Source: an uncultured virus (IMG/VR IMGVR_UViG_3300044974_001201) (lineage: Duplodnaviria; Heunggongvirae; Uroviricota; Caudoviricetes). Taken from it: a DNA stretch of 64,000 nt. The notes beneath the pieces were generated by a model, which was not told the origin of the DNA, did no database searches, and was given only the letters and a program-made list of their open reading frames with translations. Positions 8,840 to 18,976 of the stretch are shown piece after piece (position 1 is the first letter of the stretch; every line of letters starts with the position of its first letter). The stretch is from IMG/VR virus record IMGVR_UViG_3300044974_001201; one strand, given 5' to 3'. A program made the translations under genes and the position numbers.

Positions 8840-9256
8840 CTACTTCGCCATCCGACGGCCTTCCATGAACGCGATCCAGCGGTTCATGGCGGCGACGGTC
8901 TTGAACCGGGCATGCACCTCGCCGTTGACGTAGACGGTGGTTCCGTCGATCGTCATCTTGGGAAGGTGGTAGGACGGGTGACGGTACACCTCGTTGCCGT
9001 CCACGATCATGCGGACTACCGAACTCGGCGTGACCTGAATGCCCCCGAGCGAACGCCTCGTAGGCATAAGGAGGAACACTCGCGAAGGCCCCGTCGAGTG
9101 ACTGATGATCCCGGCAACGCGCCACTCCTCCATCGAATCACGTCCCGTGTCGGAGTCTCCGTGGAAGATCCGCACGCGCTTGCGTGTTCCGTCGTAACGC
9201 GAGAGCACATCTTCGACAGAACCGTGACCGTTCTTTAGAGACTTGCGATTTTTCAT
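8840..9256 (-). CDS. Phage-type hypothetical protein with MKNRKSLKNG leader
   Basis: RVRIFHGD..TGRD..STG..GG..YRHPSY pattern; canonical sigma70 promoter upstream. Confidence 0.8.
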   Translation of the reverse strand: MKNRKSLKNGHGSVEDVLSRYDGTRKRVRIFHGDSDTGRDSMEEWRVAGIISHSTGPSRVFLLMPTRRSLGGIQVTPSSVVRMIVDGNEVYRHPSYHLPKMTIDGTTVYVNGEVHARFKTVAAMNRWIAFMEGRRMAK

Positions 9257-9269
9257 GGTCGTGAATTTG

Positions 9270-9299
9270 ATCGTACCAGTCGGATCATCGCAGAGTCAA
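9270..9299 (-). promoter_or_regulatory. Sigma70-type promoter
   Basis: TTGACT-N18-TACGAT with extended -10 TG on the minus strand. Confidence 0.65.
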
Positions 9300-9312
9300 T
9301 AGCGATCACGCC

Positions 9313-10251
9313 TCACCACCCTGCGGACCAGAACTGGCGCGGGTAATACGGCGCCAGCGCGTCGTGGTCGAGCGCGCTGCGCTTGAAGATCGCGTGCTTC
9401 GCGTAGTCGGCGGGCGTGAGCGTTCGCGTGCTGCGATCGTCGAGGAGTTCGCTCCCGAGCCCCACCGCGTCGATCGCTGCTCGCGTCGTACCGGCGAGCG
9501 CCTGCGCTCGCGTAATCGTGCCGCCGTTGTCGGTGTAGACGGTCGCGAACCGACGGTCGCCACCCGGCCCGAAACGTCGCGCGTTCTCGGCGATCCACGC
9601 GGCGAACACGGCCTCCGAGTTGTACAGCGCGTCGAGGAGCACCACGGAGTTGAGGCCGGTAGGCCGGTCACGCACGACCGCCGCCGCGGGCAAGATGCCA
9701 CCCGAGTGCGCCATCACGCCGAGTCGGCGAACGTTCGCGGATGTTCTCGCGCCGAGTCGTGCGGCGACCGCGGGATGCGCGAGCACCTCGTCGAGCATCG
9801 CTGCGAATCGGCCCGGTTGCGCGAGCGCGCCAGCATCCATCCCCGCGGCGTCGTACCGGAGTTCGGGCACGATCAGCAGCGCCTTCGATCCCGAGCCGAC
9901 GAACTGCGCGAGAAGGTGCGACGCCTTGTGGGGGTGCCCCGACGACGAGCATGGCCCGTCGGTGTCGCCGAGCACGCGATCGACGCATTTTAGCACGCCG
10001 CGGAAGTAGACCCACACGTCGAGCGGGTCGGAGGGACCGAGGCCCGAGGGGATCACCACGGCGGAGGGCTTGCGCTGTTCTGGAAACGGGCCGGTCGCAA
10101 GGTCGAGCATCAACACTTGCGTCGCGCTCGACGCTGCGCTGGCGGTTGCCGTGAGCGCGATCACCGCGACGCCACCGACCGCGAGTGCGGCGGGCGCGAT
10201 CCACCAGAACGACGACGGGGCGCTGTTGCGGGATGCACGACGTTTTGCCAC
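9313..10251 (-). CDS. Membrane-anchored alpha/beta-hydrolase-fold protein
   Basis: N-terminal TM; AHSGG nucleophile elbow, LLDALY, C-terminal DH. Confidence 0.8.
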   Translation of the reverse strand: MAKRRASRNSAPSSFWWIAPAALAVGGVAVIALTATASAASSATQVLMLDLATGPFPEQRKPSAVVIPSGLGPSDPLDVWVYFRGVLKCVDRVLGDTDGPCSSSGHPHKASHLLAQFVGSGSKALLIVPELRYDAAGMDAGALAQPGRFAAMLDEVLAHPAVAARLGARTSANVRRLGVMAHSGGILPAAAVVRDRPTGLNSVVLLDALYNSEAVFAAWIAENARRFGPGGDRRFATVYTDNGGTITRAQALAGTTRAAIDAVGLGSELLDDRSTRTLTPADYAKHAIFKRSALDHDALAPYYPRQFWSAGW

Positions 10252-10290
10252 GGCGCCACCGTAACGCGGCGGGCGACGCCGTGGCAACGC

Positions 10291-10989
10291 TCACTTGCGG
10301 ATCGCGACCGTCACGGCGACGTAACCACCGCCGTAGCCACCGGACTGCCGCACGTCGGTCACGACGCCGCTCACGCCGTGCACCGCGACGTTGCCAGCAA
10401 CCCACCCGCCGTCGGAGGCGATGAGCGCGACTTCGCCCTCGTCGGTGCCGGGAATGGCCTTCGGGGCGTGCCAGAACCCCTCCTCGCGCTGGCGTCGCGT
10501 CGGCGAACCGAACGACACCACGACGGTCTCGACCTCCGACACCGCAGCCGCATCGGCGTCGGTCTGCGCCTCGAACAGTTCGAGCTTCACATCGACCTCG
10601 TCGAGCGCCTCCGCGGCCTTCGGGCGCCACGCCCGGAGGAACTCCATCGCAGCGGGGACGCTCACGCCGAGTGCCTCCGCGACCGCGGGCCAGCGGTCGA
10701 TGGGAGCGGACGCGCCTACCGCGCGCTGGAGACCCTCGACGAAACGCCCGGTCTCCCATCCGTCGAGACCCGTGATCGCGCGGATTCCGTCCGCGACGAG
10801 CAAGCGGTACGTGGTGTGCGACCACTTGCCGTTGCGCGTGAAGGACGTGCCGACCACGGCGACCACGCCGTCGATCGAACTGCTCACGAAGCGAATCACG
10901 CGGTCGCGCTTCGCGTCTACGAAGAGCAGCCACGACGCGCGGCTGCGGTGCCCAATGCCGTCGGACCAGTTGAGTTCGTTGGGGTTCAT
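10291..10989 (-). CDS. Hypothetical protein
   Basis: Promoter repeat upstream; protein-like composition. Confidence 0.75.
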   Translation of the reverse strand: MNPNELNWSDGIGHRSRASWLLFVDAKRDRVIRFVSSSIDGVVAVVGTSFTRNGKWSHTTYRLLVADGIRAITGLDGWETGRFVEGLQRAVGASAPIDRWPAVAEALGVSVPAAMEFLRAWRPKAAEALDEVDVKLELFEAQTDADAAAVSEVETVVVSFGSPTRRQREEGFWHAPKAIPGTDEGEVALIASDGGWVAGNVAVHGVSGVVTDVRQSGGYGGGYVAVTVAIRK

Positions 10990-11126
10990 GCTCCCTTCTA
11001 CGTGCGGAGCGACCCGATTCTGACACGGCGACGTGATGTTTTCTGGAAACCGCATGAGAATAGAGTGTTCGAGAAAAACGAGGCGGGGGTTGTAAGAACT
11101 CAGCCACCCGGTTCGTAAGAGTGGGC

Positions 11127-11474
11127 ATGAACCTCACGAACCTCACGCCGCACGCCATCACCCTCCGCTCCGCCGACGGCACCGATACCATCGTACCCCC
11201 GAGCGGCACTGTCGCTCGCGTCTCCAGCACCCCCGGTGCGCTGGAGACCGTGGCGGGCATTCCGGTCCCCGTCGCGGGGATGCAGACCTTCGGCGGCGTC
11301 GAGGGGCTCCCGGCCCCTGCGGAGGGCACGATGTTCATCGTGAGCGCGATGGTGCTCGCGGCGCTTCGCGGTTCGCGCCCCGACGTAGTCGGTCCCGGCA
11401 CCGGCCCGAACGATGGGGCCGTGCGAAACGAGAAGGGCCACGTCGTGGCCGTCACCCGGTTGGTTCGCGGGTAA
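11127..11474 (+). CDS. Conserved phage-type hypothetical protein (NLTPH N-terminus)
   Basis: MNLTNLTPHAI..PSG.VARV..GLP..FIVS.MV..RPDV..VRNEKG. Confidence 0.85.
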   Translation: MNLTNLTPHAITLRSADGTDTIVPPSGTVARVSSTPGALETVAGIPVPVAGMQTFGGVEGLPAPAEGTMFIVSAMVLAALRGSRPDVVGPGTGPNDGAVRNEKGHVVAVTRLVRG

Positions 11475-11711
11475 GGTGCAAGCGATGGAGCCACTTCATC
11501 GGGTATCGAGGATGGAACTCGCCCTCCTGCAACTGCAACAGCGCCCGAGTCCGCCGCTGTTGCAGTCGCTCCCGCCGCGCGACGTAGAGAATCCGTGCGG
11601 CGGCGAACACCGACTGGTTTTCGTCGGGTGGTGCCGGTGCGATGGATGGCACAAGCGTGGCAATACGTGCCGCGCGAGCGAGCGGATCAAGTTTCGATGC
11701 AGGAGGCCGAC

Positions 11712-12029
11712 GTGACGAACGACAACTTCGCGACTGAGATGGATACGATGCTCCGCGCGATGAAGCGCGGCGCGGAGTACGCGACGAAACTCGCGAACGA
11801 TTGCCTTGGCGGTGGCGTCGAGCGGTTCCGCACCGCGCGCCTCTTCGCGAGCGCCGCGCGGGCGTCGTACAGCGCCGCCGTCGATATCCGCGAGGGGTAC
11901 GGCGGACTGGAACCGGGCGACCGCTACCTCGCGATTCAACGCCTCTGCGACACCGTGGGCGGCTGCATCGACGGCCTGCAAGCGTTGCAGACGGAGAAGC
12001 AACACGCCACCGACGCGGGCGTGAACTGA
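11712..12029 (+). CDS. Hypothetical protein
   Basis: AGGAGG RBS, GTG start. Confidence 0.6.
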   Translation: MTNDNFATEMDTMLRAMKRGAEYATKLANDCLGGGVERFRTARLFASAARASYSAAVDIREGYGGLEPGDRYLAIQRLCDTVGGCIDGLQALQTEKQHATDAGVN

Positions 12030-12063
12030 ATCGCCACGGCGACGTTAACGTACAAGGGAACCG

Positions 12064-14634
12064 ATGAGCAAACGTACTGCATTGAGCGCCGCACTCGCCG
12101 TCTCTCGCGTGGAGAAGGACGTCGAGAACGCCTACCGCGCGGAGGTTTCCGCGCAACGCCCCGACGCCTCGTGGTCTTCGCCGCACGCCACCGACGGACT
12201 CGCCGTGTGGAGCGCGAGCACGCCCCCGGTGAGCGTGCGCCTGCTTCTCGAAGCGAAGTACGACCTCGACTTCAAGTCGCGAGGCCCCGTGTGCTCGGTT
12301 CTCGGGCAACTCATCCTGTACCTCAAGAAGTTCGAGGCGAGCGGCGCGGCGATGCCGAACGTGCTCCTCGTCGGCGACAGGAACGAGTGCTTCGTGCTCG
12401 CGACCGACGCCGTGCGTGGGTTCCTCAACATGAGCCTCGACTGGAACGTCGCGCCGTCGGCGGGATCGCCGGAACTCACTCGTGCGCTGGTGAGCGGGTT
12501 CAACTTGTTGCCTTACGTCTACGACGTCAACGGTGACCTCGACTTCGGTGATGTGCTCACGAAGATCGAGACACTCGCGGCGGGCAACACGCATCACGTC
12601 CGCGCGACGCGCACGAACCTGAGCGCGATCTTCGTGTACTGGCGCGACAACGTTTTCAAGAACCCGGAGAAGGGCAAGGGCGCGCTCACGCCGACGGAGC
12701 AAGTCGATGTGTTCCTGCGGTGCCTGTTCCACCCCGACGAAGTTCACCCGCACCCGACGAAGCGCGGCGTGCTCGTGGTGCCCGGTTACGACGACGCCGT
12801 GCTGGTCAACGCGGACCAGTACCGCAGTTTCTTCGCGCACTTCGAGCAAGGGTACAAGCCCTCCGAAGTCGAGGCGTTTTACGCCGACAAGGACCGACTC
12901 GTCGAAGATGATGCGCGCCGCCGTCAAGGAGCGTTCTTCACACCGGCCATCTGGTCCGAGCAAGCGAACAAGGAACTCGAACGTGTGCTCGGCGCGAACT
13001 GGCGGAGCGAGTGCGTCGTGTGGGACTGCGCCGCGGGCACGGGCAACCTCACGCGCGACTACAACGACTGGGGGTGCCTCATTTCGAGCACCGCCGAACG
13101 CCCCGACGTGAACGTAATGCGCGAGCAAGGGTGGGGCGGGCAGCACGTATTCCAGTACGATTTTCTTAACGACAACGCGCAGTCCCCGTTCTTCGCGCTC
13201 GAAGACGGCGACAACCGCGTGCCGACGCGGGTCGAGAAGGTGCTCCGCGCGGCGGCGAAGGCGGGCAAGCGACTGGTGTTCTATATGAACCCGCCGTACG
13301 GGACCGCGGGCGCCGGGTTGAGTGAAGCAGGCAGGGCGGGCATCGCGAAGAACGCTGTCAACGATTCCATGAAGTCGGCTTCGATGGGAGCCTCGTGCCA
13401 CCAGCTTTATGCGCAGTTCATGTTTCGAGCTTCGATCGTGGCGGAGCATTACGGGTTCAGTTGCGTTACCGTCGCGGTTTTCTCGAACCCCAGGTTTATG
13501 TTCAGTGGTTCTTTCCAGCCGTTCAGGGAGTGGTGGTATCAACGACACGAGTACGTTAGCGGATTCATGTTTCAAGCCTCTCACTTCGCGGATGTTAGCG
13601 GAGCGTGGGGCGTTTCGTTTACCGTATGGAACGACGGGTCTACGTCGAGCAAGCGATCAAACGTAACACTCGTGACGAAAGACGTCGTGGCCTTCCGCGT
13701 GAAGTCTATCGGCGTCAAGCGAGTGCACTGCGCGGACAATCAATCGGCATCGGACTGGGCTAGAGAGTCCGCGGCATTGACAAGCAAAATCGACGCGCCC
13801 CAGTTCAGCAGCGGGTTGACTATTAGCGCGGCAGCGACGGGAAAAATGGCGTCAGGATACATCGCATACCTCGTCAATAATTCTAACGCCGTGTATGACA
13901 GCGGCACGCTTTCGGCGTGGGGATCATCGAAGATGACGCCCACCGGGTTCTCCGTTCTGCCCGCGAACTACCGCCGTGTCGTCTCGCTCTTCGCCGCCCG
14001 CAAGCTCGTCACCGGGAACTGGATCAACGACAAGGACGAGTACCTCGCGCCGACTGCGAAAACCGAGGCGTCCGCGGCCTACAACCGCTGGGTCGACGAC
14101 TGCCACGTCTACGCGCTCCTGCACGGCTCTAACAACTGCACCGCCATGCGCGACGTGCCGTACAAGGGCAAGTCGTGGCGCATCAAAAACCACTGGTTCT
14201 GGCGCACCCGCGAGGCGTCGCTCGCCGCGCTCGACACGCGCGAAACGTCGTCGCTCTACCGCGACTGCAAGGCCGAACCGACGGTCAAGATCGGGCGCAA
14301 TCACTTCACTGGCGAGGCGACGGCGCAGCCGTGGGAGGTGACGGGCGACCCGTACTTCGCCCACGTTCTCCCGTCGCTCACGCTCTCCGCCGACGCGCGC
14401 AAGGTGCTCGATCTTCTCGACGCCTTGTGGGTGAAGTCACTCCCGCTGCGCGAGTCGTTCGCGTCGGGCCGACCGGAACTGCACCTCGCCGCGTGGGATT
14501 CCGGTTGCTACCAGAGCAAGCACCTCTGGCGCGAACTGTTGCCCGCGGAGTGGGCGGAGCTCACCGCCGCGCACAAGGCCCTCGCCGCGCGACTGCAAGA
14601 CGGCGTGTACGATCACGGGTTCCTGCGGCGATGA
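12064..14634 (+). CDS. Type IIG-like fused restriction endonuclease / N6-adenine DNA methyltransferase
   Basis: N-terminal TDG..LLLEAK (PD-(D/E)xK-like); GAFFTP motif X, VWDCAAGTGNL motif I, MNPPY motif IV; C-terminal specificity region. Confidence 0.85.
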   Translation: MSKRTALSAALAVSRVEKDVENAYRAEVSAQRPDASWSSPHATDGLAVWSASTPPVSVRLLLEAKYDLDFKSRGPVCSVLGQLILYLKKFEASGAAMPNVLLVGDRNECFVLATDAVRGFLNMSLDWNVAPSAGSPELTRALVSGFNLLPYVYDVNGDLDFGDVLTKIETLAAGNTHHVRATRTNLSAIFVYWRDNVFKNPEKGKGALTPTEQVDVFLRCLFHPDEVHPHPTKRGVLVVPGYDDAVLVNADQYRSFFAHFEQGYKPSEVEAFYADKDRLVEDDARRRQGAFFTPAIWSEQANKELERVLGANWRSECVVWDCAAGTGNLTRDYNDWGCLISSTAERPDVNVMREQGWGGQHVFQYDFLNDNAQSPFFALEDGDNRVPTRVEKVLRAAAKAGKRLVFYMNPPYGTAGAGLSEAGRAGIAKNAVNDSMKSASMGASCHQLYAQFMFRASIVAEHYGFSCVTVAVFSNPRFMFSGSFQPFREWWYQRHEYVSGFMFQASHFADVSGAWGVSFTVWNDGSTSSKRSNVTLVTKDVVAFRVKSIGVKRVHCADNQSASDWARESAALTSKIDAPQFSSGLTISAAATGKMASGYIAYLVNNSNAVYDSGTLSAWGSSKMTPTGFSVLPANYRRVVSLFAARKLVTGNWINDKDEYLAPTAKTEASAAYNRWVDDCHVYALLHGSNNCTAMRDVPYKGKSWRIKNHWFWRTREASLAALDTRETSSLYRDCKAEPTVKIGRNHFTGEATAQPWEVTGDPYFAHVLPSLTLSADARKVLDLLDALWVKSLPLRESFASGRPELHLAAWDSGCYQSKHLWRELLPAEWAELTAAHKALAARLQDGVYDHGFLRR

Positions 14635-15371
14635 CGTTCACAAGACGCGAACCGAAACGTTCCCCGAGCGAGGCGCTTGCGCTCGCCGCCACGCACATCG
14701 GCGTGATGCACGCCGCCGTCCGCAAGACGATCCGCGACCGCGAGAAGTGGGACGATTTCACGCAGTCGGCGTGGCTCGAATTGTACCGCGCCGCAGAACT
14801 ATACGACCCCGACGAGGGCGTCGAGTTCGGGAGTTACGCCTATTCCTGCATGCGCGGACGTGCCATCAAGGAATGGCGTCGCTCGCGCTGCATCGGCGTC
14901 GTTCCCGCCGCCGTGGCGCGCGTGTTCCGCGTGTTAGAGCGCCGCGGGACGAACACTACGTCGGGTGTCGAGGATGTTCTTGCGCAAGCGTTCACGGGCG
15001 ACTCGCACGGACACTGGGATGCGAGGGCGTTCTTCACGTTCTCGCTCGGCGAACGTTCGCTCTCCGAAGTCGTCGGTGACCAGCAATCGGAGCACCCGCA
15101 GACGCTCGAAGACACACTCGCGGACGATGGGCCGACCGCAGAAGAAGCCGCCGAGGCGACGCAGCGATCGGCCCTCGCGCATCGTATGCTCGCAACGTCG
15201 GGGCTCACCGACCGTGAACGCCTGATCGTCGAAGCGCGCTACCTCAACGACCCGGAGGAGACGCTGCAAGAAATCGGCGACCGCATCGGCGTGAGTCGCG
15301 AGCGTGTTCGCCAAATCGAGGCCGTCGCGCTGCGGAAACTCAGCGACGCCGCGAAGAAGATCGCCCGCTAA
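14631..15371 (+). CDS. Sigma70-family group-3 (RpoH/sigma32-like) sigma factor
   Basis: LYRAAELYDPDEGVEFGSYA (region 2); LTDRERLIVEARYL..TLQEIGDRIGVSRERVRQIE..ALRKL (region 4); ATGA overlap with the methylase. Confidence 0.9.
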   Translation: MTFTRREPKRSPSEALALAATHIGVMHAAVRKTIRDREKWDDFTQSAWLELYRAAELYDPDEGVEFGSYAYSCMRGRAIKEWRRSRCIGVVPAAVARVFRVLERRGTNTTSGVEDVLAQAFTGDSHGHWDARAFFTFSLGERSLSEVVGDQQSEHPQTLEDTLADDGPTAEEAAEATQRSALAHRMLATSGLTDRERLIVEARYLNDPEETLQEIGDRIGVSRERVRQIEAVALRKLSDAAKKIAR

Positions 15372-16033
15372 CGTCGCCCGCGCAGCACGCCGTAGATCGC
15401 CATGCCGACCGCCGCGACGCCAGCGCCTACGGCGACCTTGCCCCACGCCGACGGAACGTACGGCGGCGCTCCGACGATGCCCGCGACGGTTCCGGCGATG
15501 GAGCGGTACTCGTCGATCGCCGCCTCCGACCACGGGCTCCACCCCGCGTGCAGAACGTCCGACATCCACTGCACGGAGTCGAGCGGCACGGCGTACTGGT
15601 GCGCGCTCGACCCGACGATGTACGGACCGCCGCTCGCCGATGCGAGCAAGCGCAAGTAGGCGGGGTGGTACAGACGCCCGTCGATCGCGAGGCGGATCGC
15701 GTCGGCAACGCCCGTCTCGCAGTTCGGCTCCGTCGGGTAGGCGCGGTACGGCGCCTCGCGCGCATCGTCGCCGCCCTGTAGGTACTGCACCGCGCCGGTC
15801 CACGCCGCGGTCGCGCGGATGTTCCCCTCGCTACAGCCCCACTCGTTTCGCCCGCCGCCCGTCTCGCGGAGCCACTGCGCGACAAGCGTTGCAGCGACCC
15901 ACCACGCGAGCGACGGTTCGAGTCCGCGACCGAGGAGAACGTTGTACGCGGCGCCGTGGCGTGAGCGAACCCACGCCTCGCGAGAGAGACCAGCGGCGGT
16001 GCGGACGGCCGGGACAACTTGTGACACGATCAC
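15368..16033 (-). CDS. Lysozyme-fold (GH73/FlgJ-like) putative peptidoglycan hydrolase with C-terminal TM anchor
   Basis: AQWLRETGGG..GNIRA..YRAY motifs; C-terminal GKVAVGAGVAAVGMAIYGVLRGRR. Confidence 0.65.
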   Translation of the reverse strand: MIVSQVVPAVRTAAGLSREAWVRSRHGAAYNVLLGRGLEPSLAWWVAATLVAQWLRETGGGRNEWGCSEGNIRATAAWTGAVQYLQGGDDAREAPYRAYPTEPNCETGVADAIRLAIDGRLYHPAYLRLLASASGGPYIVGSSAHQYAVPLDSVQWMSDVLHAGWSPWSEAAIDEYRSIAGTVAGIVGAPPYVPSAWGKVAVGAGVAAVGMAIYGVLRGRR

Positions 16034-16746
16034 CTCGGGATCGCGATGAGCCCGCGCTGTTCCATGCGCTTGAGGATCGCGGCGGCGCCGACTTGACCGC
16101 TCACCGCGTTCGCATCCCACACGCCGTCGCGAACGTACTTGCCCTTCGCGTATCGGTCGGTGAACGACCACAGGTACGGCGTCGGGATGCCACGCGAGCG
16201 CGTGCCGAACCCGTTGTATTTTTCGAGTTGCCAAAGCGTCGCCGGGAGGCTCCAGTCTCCCCACCCGCGGAAACGTGCGAGCGCATCGGTGGCGCTCTCC
16301 TCCCACGTATAGGGTTGTCCCTCGCCCGCTGTAGGAGGCGCCACGGGGCGGTTCGCAGGTACGTGAACCGTTCGCGCCGTGAGCGGGTCGCCGTTGTGAA
16401 GGTGCCCGGTGAATCGTCCCGACGACCCGCCGCCTTCGAGCGAGTGAATCGCGGCGACGACGTACCACGGCACGCCGACGGGGTTCCCGGCGCGCTCGTA
16501 GCGGTCGCGGTGCGAGGCGAGCACGTCAACGACGCGATCGACCGATGCGAGACGTTCGGGGCGGATCTGCGCGGCGTCGTACATCGCGGCGTACTCCGCG
16601 CGGAGGTCGGCGAGGGCGGTGGAACGGTTGAGCGGCATGGCGGACGCCTCGGAGTTGCGGGGCCATAGGAGCACGGCGAGGCCAGTCACCGCGGCGACGC
16701 CAGCGGCAACCTCGACGCCGTTACGGGAGAACCACGATCGAGCCAT
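16030..16746 (-). CDS. Lysozyme-family protein (COG5526-like) with N-terminal TM anchor
   Basis: VPWYVVAAIHSLE, LHNGDPL, TWEESA.DAL, LEKYNGFG, PYLWS, GKYVRDG, Q.GAAAIL motifs. Confidence 0.85.
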   Translation of the reverse strand: MARSWFSRNGVEVAAGVAAVTGLAVLLWPRNSEASAMPLNRSTALADLRAEYAAMYDAAQIRPERLASVDRVVDVLASHRDRYERAGNPVGVPWYVVAAIHSLEGGGSSGRFTGHLHNGDPLTARTVHVPANRPVAPPTAGEGQPYTWEESATDALARFRGWGDWSLPATLWQLEKYNGFGTRSRGIPTPYLWSFTDRYAKGKYVRDGVWDANAVSGQVGAAAILKRMEQRGLIAIPR

Positions 16747-16931
16747 CGGCCGACGGTATCACACCTCGCGGAGAAGCGGGCGCCGGAGAAATCGGCGCGG
16801 CGCCGTGCCGCTGGTAGACGAAAACGCCGCAACCGGGTAGCTTCGGATTCATGAATCAGCGACGAAACGCCGACGTAACATTTCGCGCGAACGGACGCAA
16901 GAACACCGCGTCTCGCGACGTAAGACGCTCC

Positions 16932-17342
16932 GTGAACAACACGAAGCCGCTCACGCGCGAGCAGTTCTACACCGACCCGTTCCTGCACTACAGGCACCAG
17001 AGCGACGACTGGGGCAAGACGCGAACGCTCGAAGCGTGGGGCGATACCTTCGACTCGCGCGGGTTCTTCGCGAGCAAGGGACTGAAGTGGTACGAGGCGC
17101 GACGGCGATGGGGGCTGCGCGCCGAGGAGCCGAAGCCGAACAGGTTCGCCACGTCGCGATCCGCCGAGGAGCGCCGCATGGCGAAGGCCCGTGCGGAGCG
17201 AGATCGCAACATCGAGGCGATCAACGAAGTTGCGGGCGATATCTGCGAATTCGTGAACGAGCACAACGCGCGCGTTCGCGCGAAGTTCCCGAACGACCCG
17301 CGCGACCCCGGCGAGTTCAAGTGGTGGACGGGCGAAGACTAG
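16932..17342 (+). CDS. Hypothetical protein
   Basis: Promoter repeat upstream of the GTG. Confidence 0.7.
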   Translation: MNNTKPLTREQFYTDPFLHYRHQSDDWGKTRTLEAWGDTFDSRGFFASKGLKWYEARRRWGLRAEEPKPNRFATSRSAEERRMAKARAERDRNIEAINEVAGDICEFVNEHNARVRAKFPNDPRDPGEFKWWTGED

Positions 17343-17649
17343 AATCGACGCCCGTTCGGCGCCGTCTATCTAGCCGTGCCCCCTCCGCGCAACCGTCCCG
17401 CAACCACCCCGAAACCCCACCACGGCGTCACCTTCACGCCCGCGCAGTTACGCGCGATCCGTGAGGCGCTCGACGTACTCCTCGCCGAAGCCGAAGGCAC
17501 CGAAGGCGAGGAGGCTCCGCTGCACTCGCGACGCCTCGTCAACACCGCCCGAGCGGCGCGGGAGAAGGTGTGCGCCTGCCTGCGAGACAAATCCGACGCC
17601 GCGTCGCATCGCCCCGCAAGAATCGCCGCTCGGCGGGCGTAGAAGGGCC

Positions 17650-18039
17650 ATGCTCACCGAGAAGATCCACGCCGTAACCGTCCGCTGGCCCGCAGTCGAA
17701 GGCGATATCGCCGACCGCGAGGCGGCTCTCCGCGAGCGCGACGTGCTCCGCCGCGGCATCGAAGAGTCGGCCTTCTCCGCGGGCGCCACGCAGGTTCGCA
17801 TCCTCGGCGCATGGGGCGTCGTGCTCGACCACTACCCGCTCGACACCCGGCGCTTCGACGTGCGCGAGGGCCAGCGCGTCTCGTTCCCGTCGAAGTCGGC
17901 GGGGACGAACGGCGCGCGTCGGTTCGGCACCGTCGTCGCTGAGACGGCGACGCGGGTTCGCGTCTCGTACGTGTTCCGCCACGGCGGCGCGTCGGAGAAG
18001 TGGGTTGCGCGACGAGACGTGCGCCCCGCGCGGAGCTAG
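17650..18039 (+). CDS. Hypothetical protein (C-terminal SH3/KOW-like strands)
   Basis: Promoter repeat upstream. Confidence 0.65.
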   Translation: MLTEKIHAVTVRWPAVEGDIADREAALRERDVLRRGIEESAFSAGATQVRILGAWGVVLDHYPLDTRRFDVREGQRVSFPSKSAGTNGARRFGTVVAETATRVRVSYVFRHGGASEKWVARRDVRPARS

Positions 18040-18093
18040 CGATTTCTCGCACGGGCTCGATAAGAACTCGCGGACTCACGGAGTACAACCAGC

Positions 18094-18528
18094 ATGAACA
18101 CGAACCGCCCCGAACAGGTCGCCTCGATGGTCGAAGTCACGCTCCGGCGCAACGCGCTGCGCGTGAAATCCTCTCGCAACGACGTGGCCGACGTCTGCGC
18201 GTTCGCGCGCTCGATCGGCCGAGACCCCTCGCCTCGCGACCGCGTGTACCGCGCGGCGACCTACAGGCTGTTTCGCCTCGACGTGATGCGCGCCGTCGCG
18301 CTCGCCGAAGCGGAGTGGCTGCGCGTGTTCCTCGCGGGCACGCCAGAGGAGGCGAGTGCCGCGTGGGCCATCGTCAACGAAAACGAGAAGACGATCACCC
18401 GCGTGACGCCTGAAACGGCAGCGAAGGTGCGGCGCGGGTGGAACCCCACGGCGATCGAGTTTCACATCGCCGACCGCGAGCGTTTCGCTGCGACGTGCCA
18501 GCGCGACTACGCCGCCGCGGTGGCGTGA
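18094..18528 (+). CDS. Hypothetical protein
   Basis: Degenerate promoter repeat upstream. Confidence 0.65.
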   Translation: MNTNRPEQVASMVEVTLRRNALRVKSSRNDVADVCAFARSIGRDPSPRDRVYRAATYRLFRLDVMRAVALAEAEWLRVFLAGTPEEASAAWAIVNENEKTITRVTPETAAKVRRGWNPTAIEFHIADRERFAATCQRDYAAAVA

Positions 18529-18580
18529 AAAATCAACGCCGTCGCGTAAGGTTCACGGCGCGAGAGGAGTATGATGGCTC

Positions 18581-18976
18581 ATGAGCATCCGATGGCACGC
18601 ATGGGAGGGGACGCGCAGCATCATGACCGCGATCGGCGGCAAGAAGTTCGCCGCGTGGACGATCGTGCCGATCGGCTACGTGAAGGGCGGAGAGGGCACT
18701 GAGGACGAGGTTGCGAGCTACCTCCACGCCGGGAAGGATCGCGCTCGTGGCGAGCGCACGCCGGAGTTCCCCGCAGACCCGGCCTACATGGCGGGATGGA
18801 ACGGCGACGTGACGTACGCTCGCGGCATCATCGACGCCGTGACTGGCGTACCGCTGGCGCATCCCGGTAACCCGGCGTACGTCGCGGGCTACACCTACCA
18901 GCCCCGACCGACTGGGCCGAAGAGCAAGTGGCGCAACCGCGCTACGCCGCGAACGTACAGCGGCCCTCGCAGTTAG
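18581..18976 (+). CDS. Hypothetical protein
   Basis: Promoter repeat upstream; repeated PAY.AG[WY] motif. Confidence 0.7.
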   Translation: MSIRWHAWEGTRSIMTAIGGKKFAAWTIVPIGYVKGGEGTEDEVASYLHAGKDRARGERTPEFPADPAYMAGWNGDVTYARGIIDAVTGVPLAHPGNPAYVAGYTYQPRPTGPKSKWRNRATPRTYSGPRS

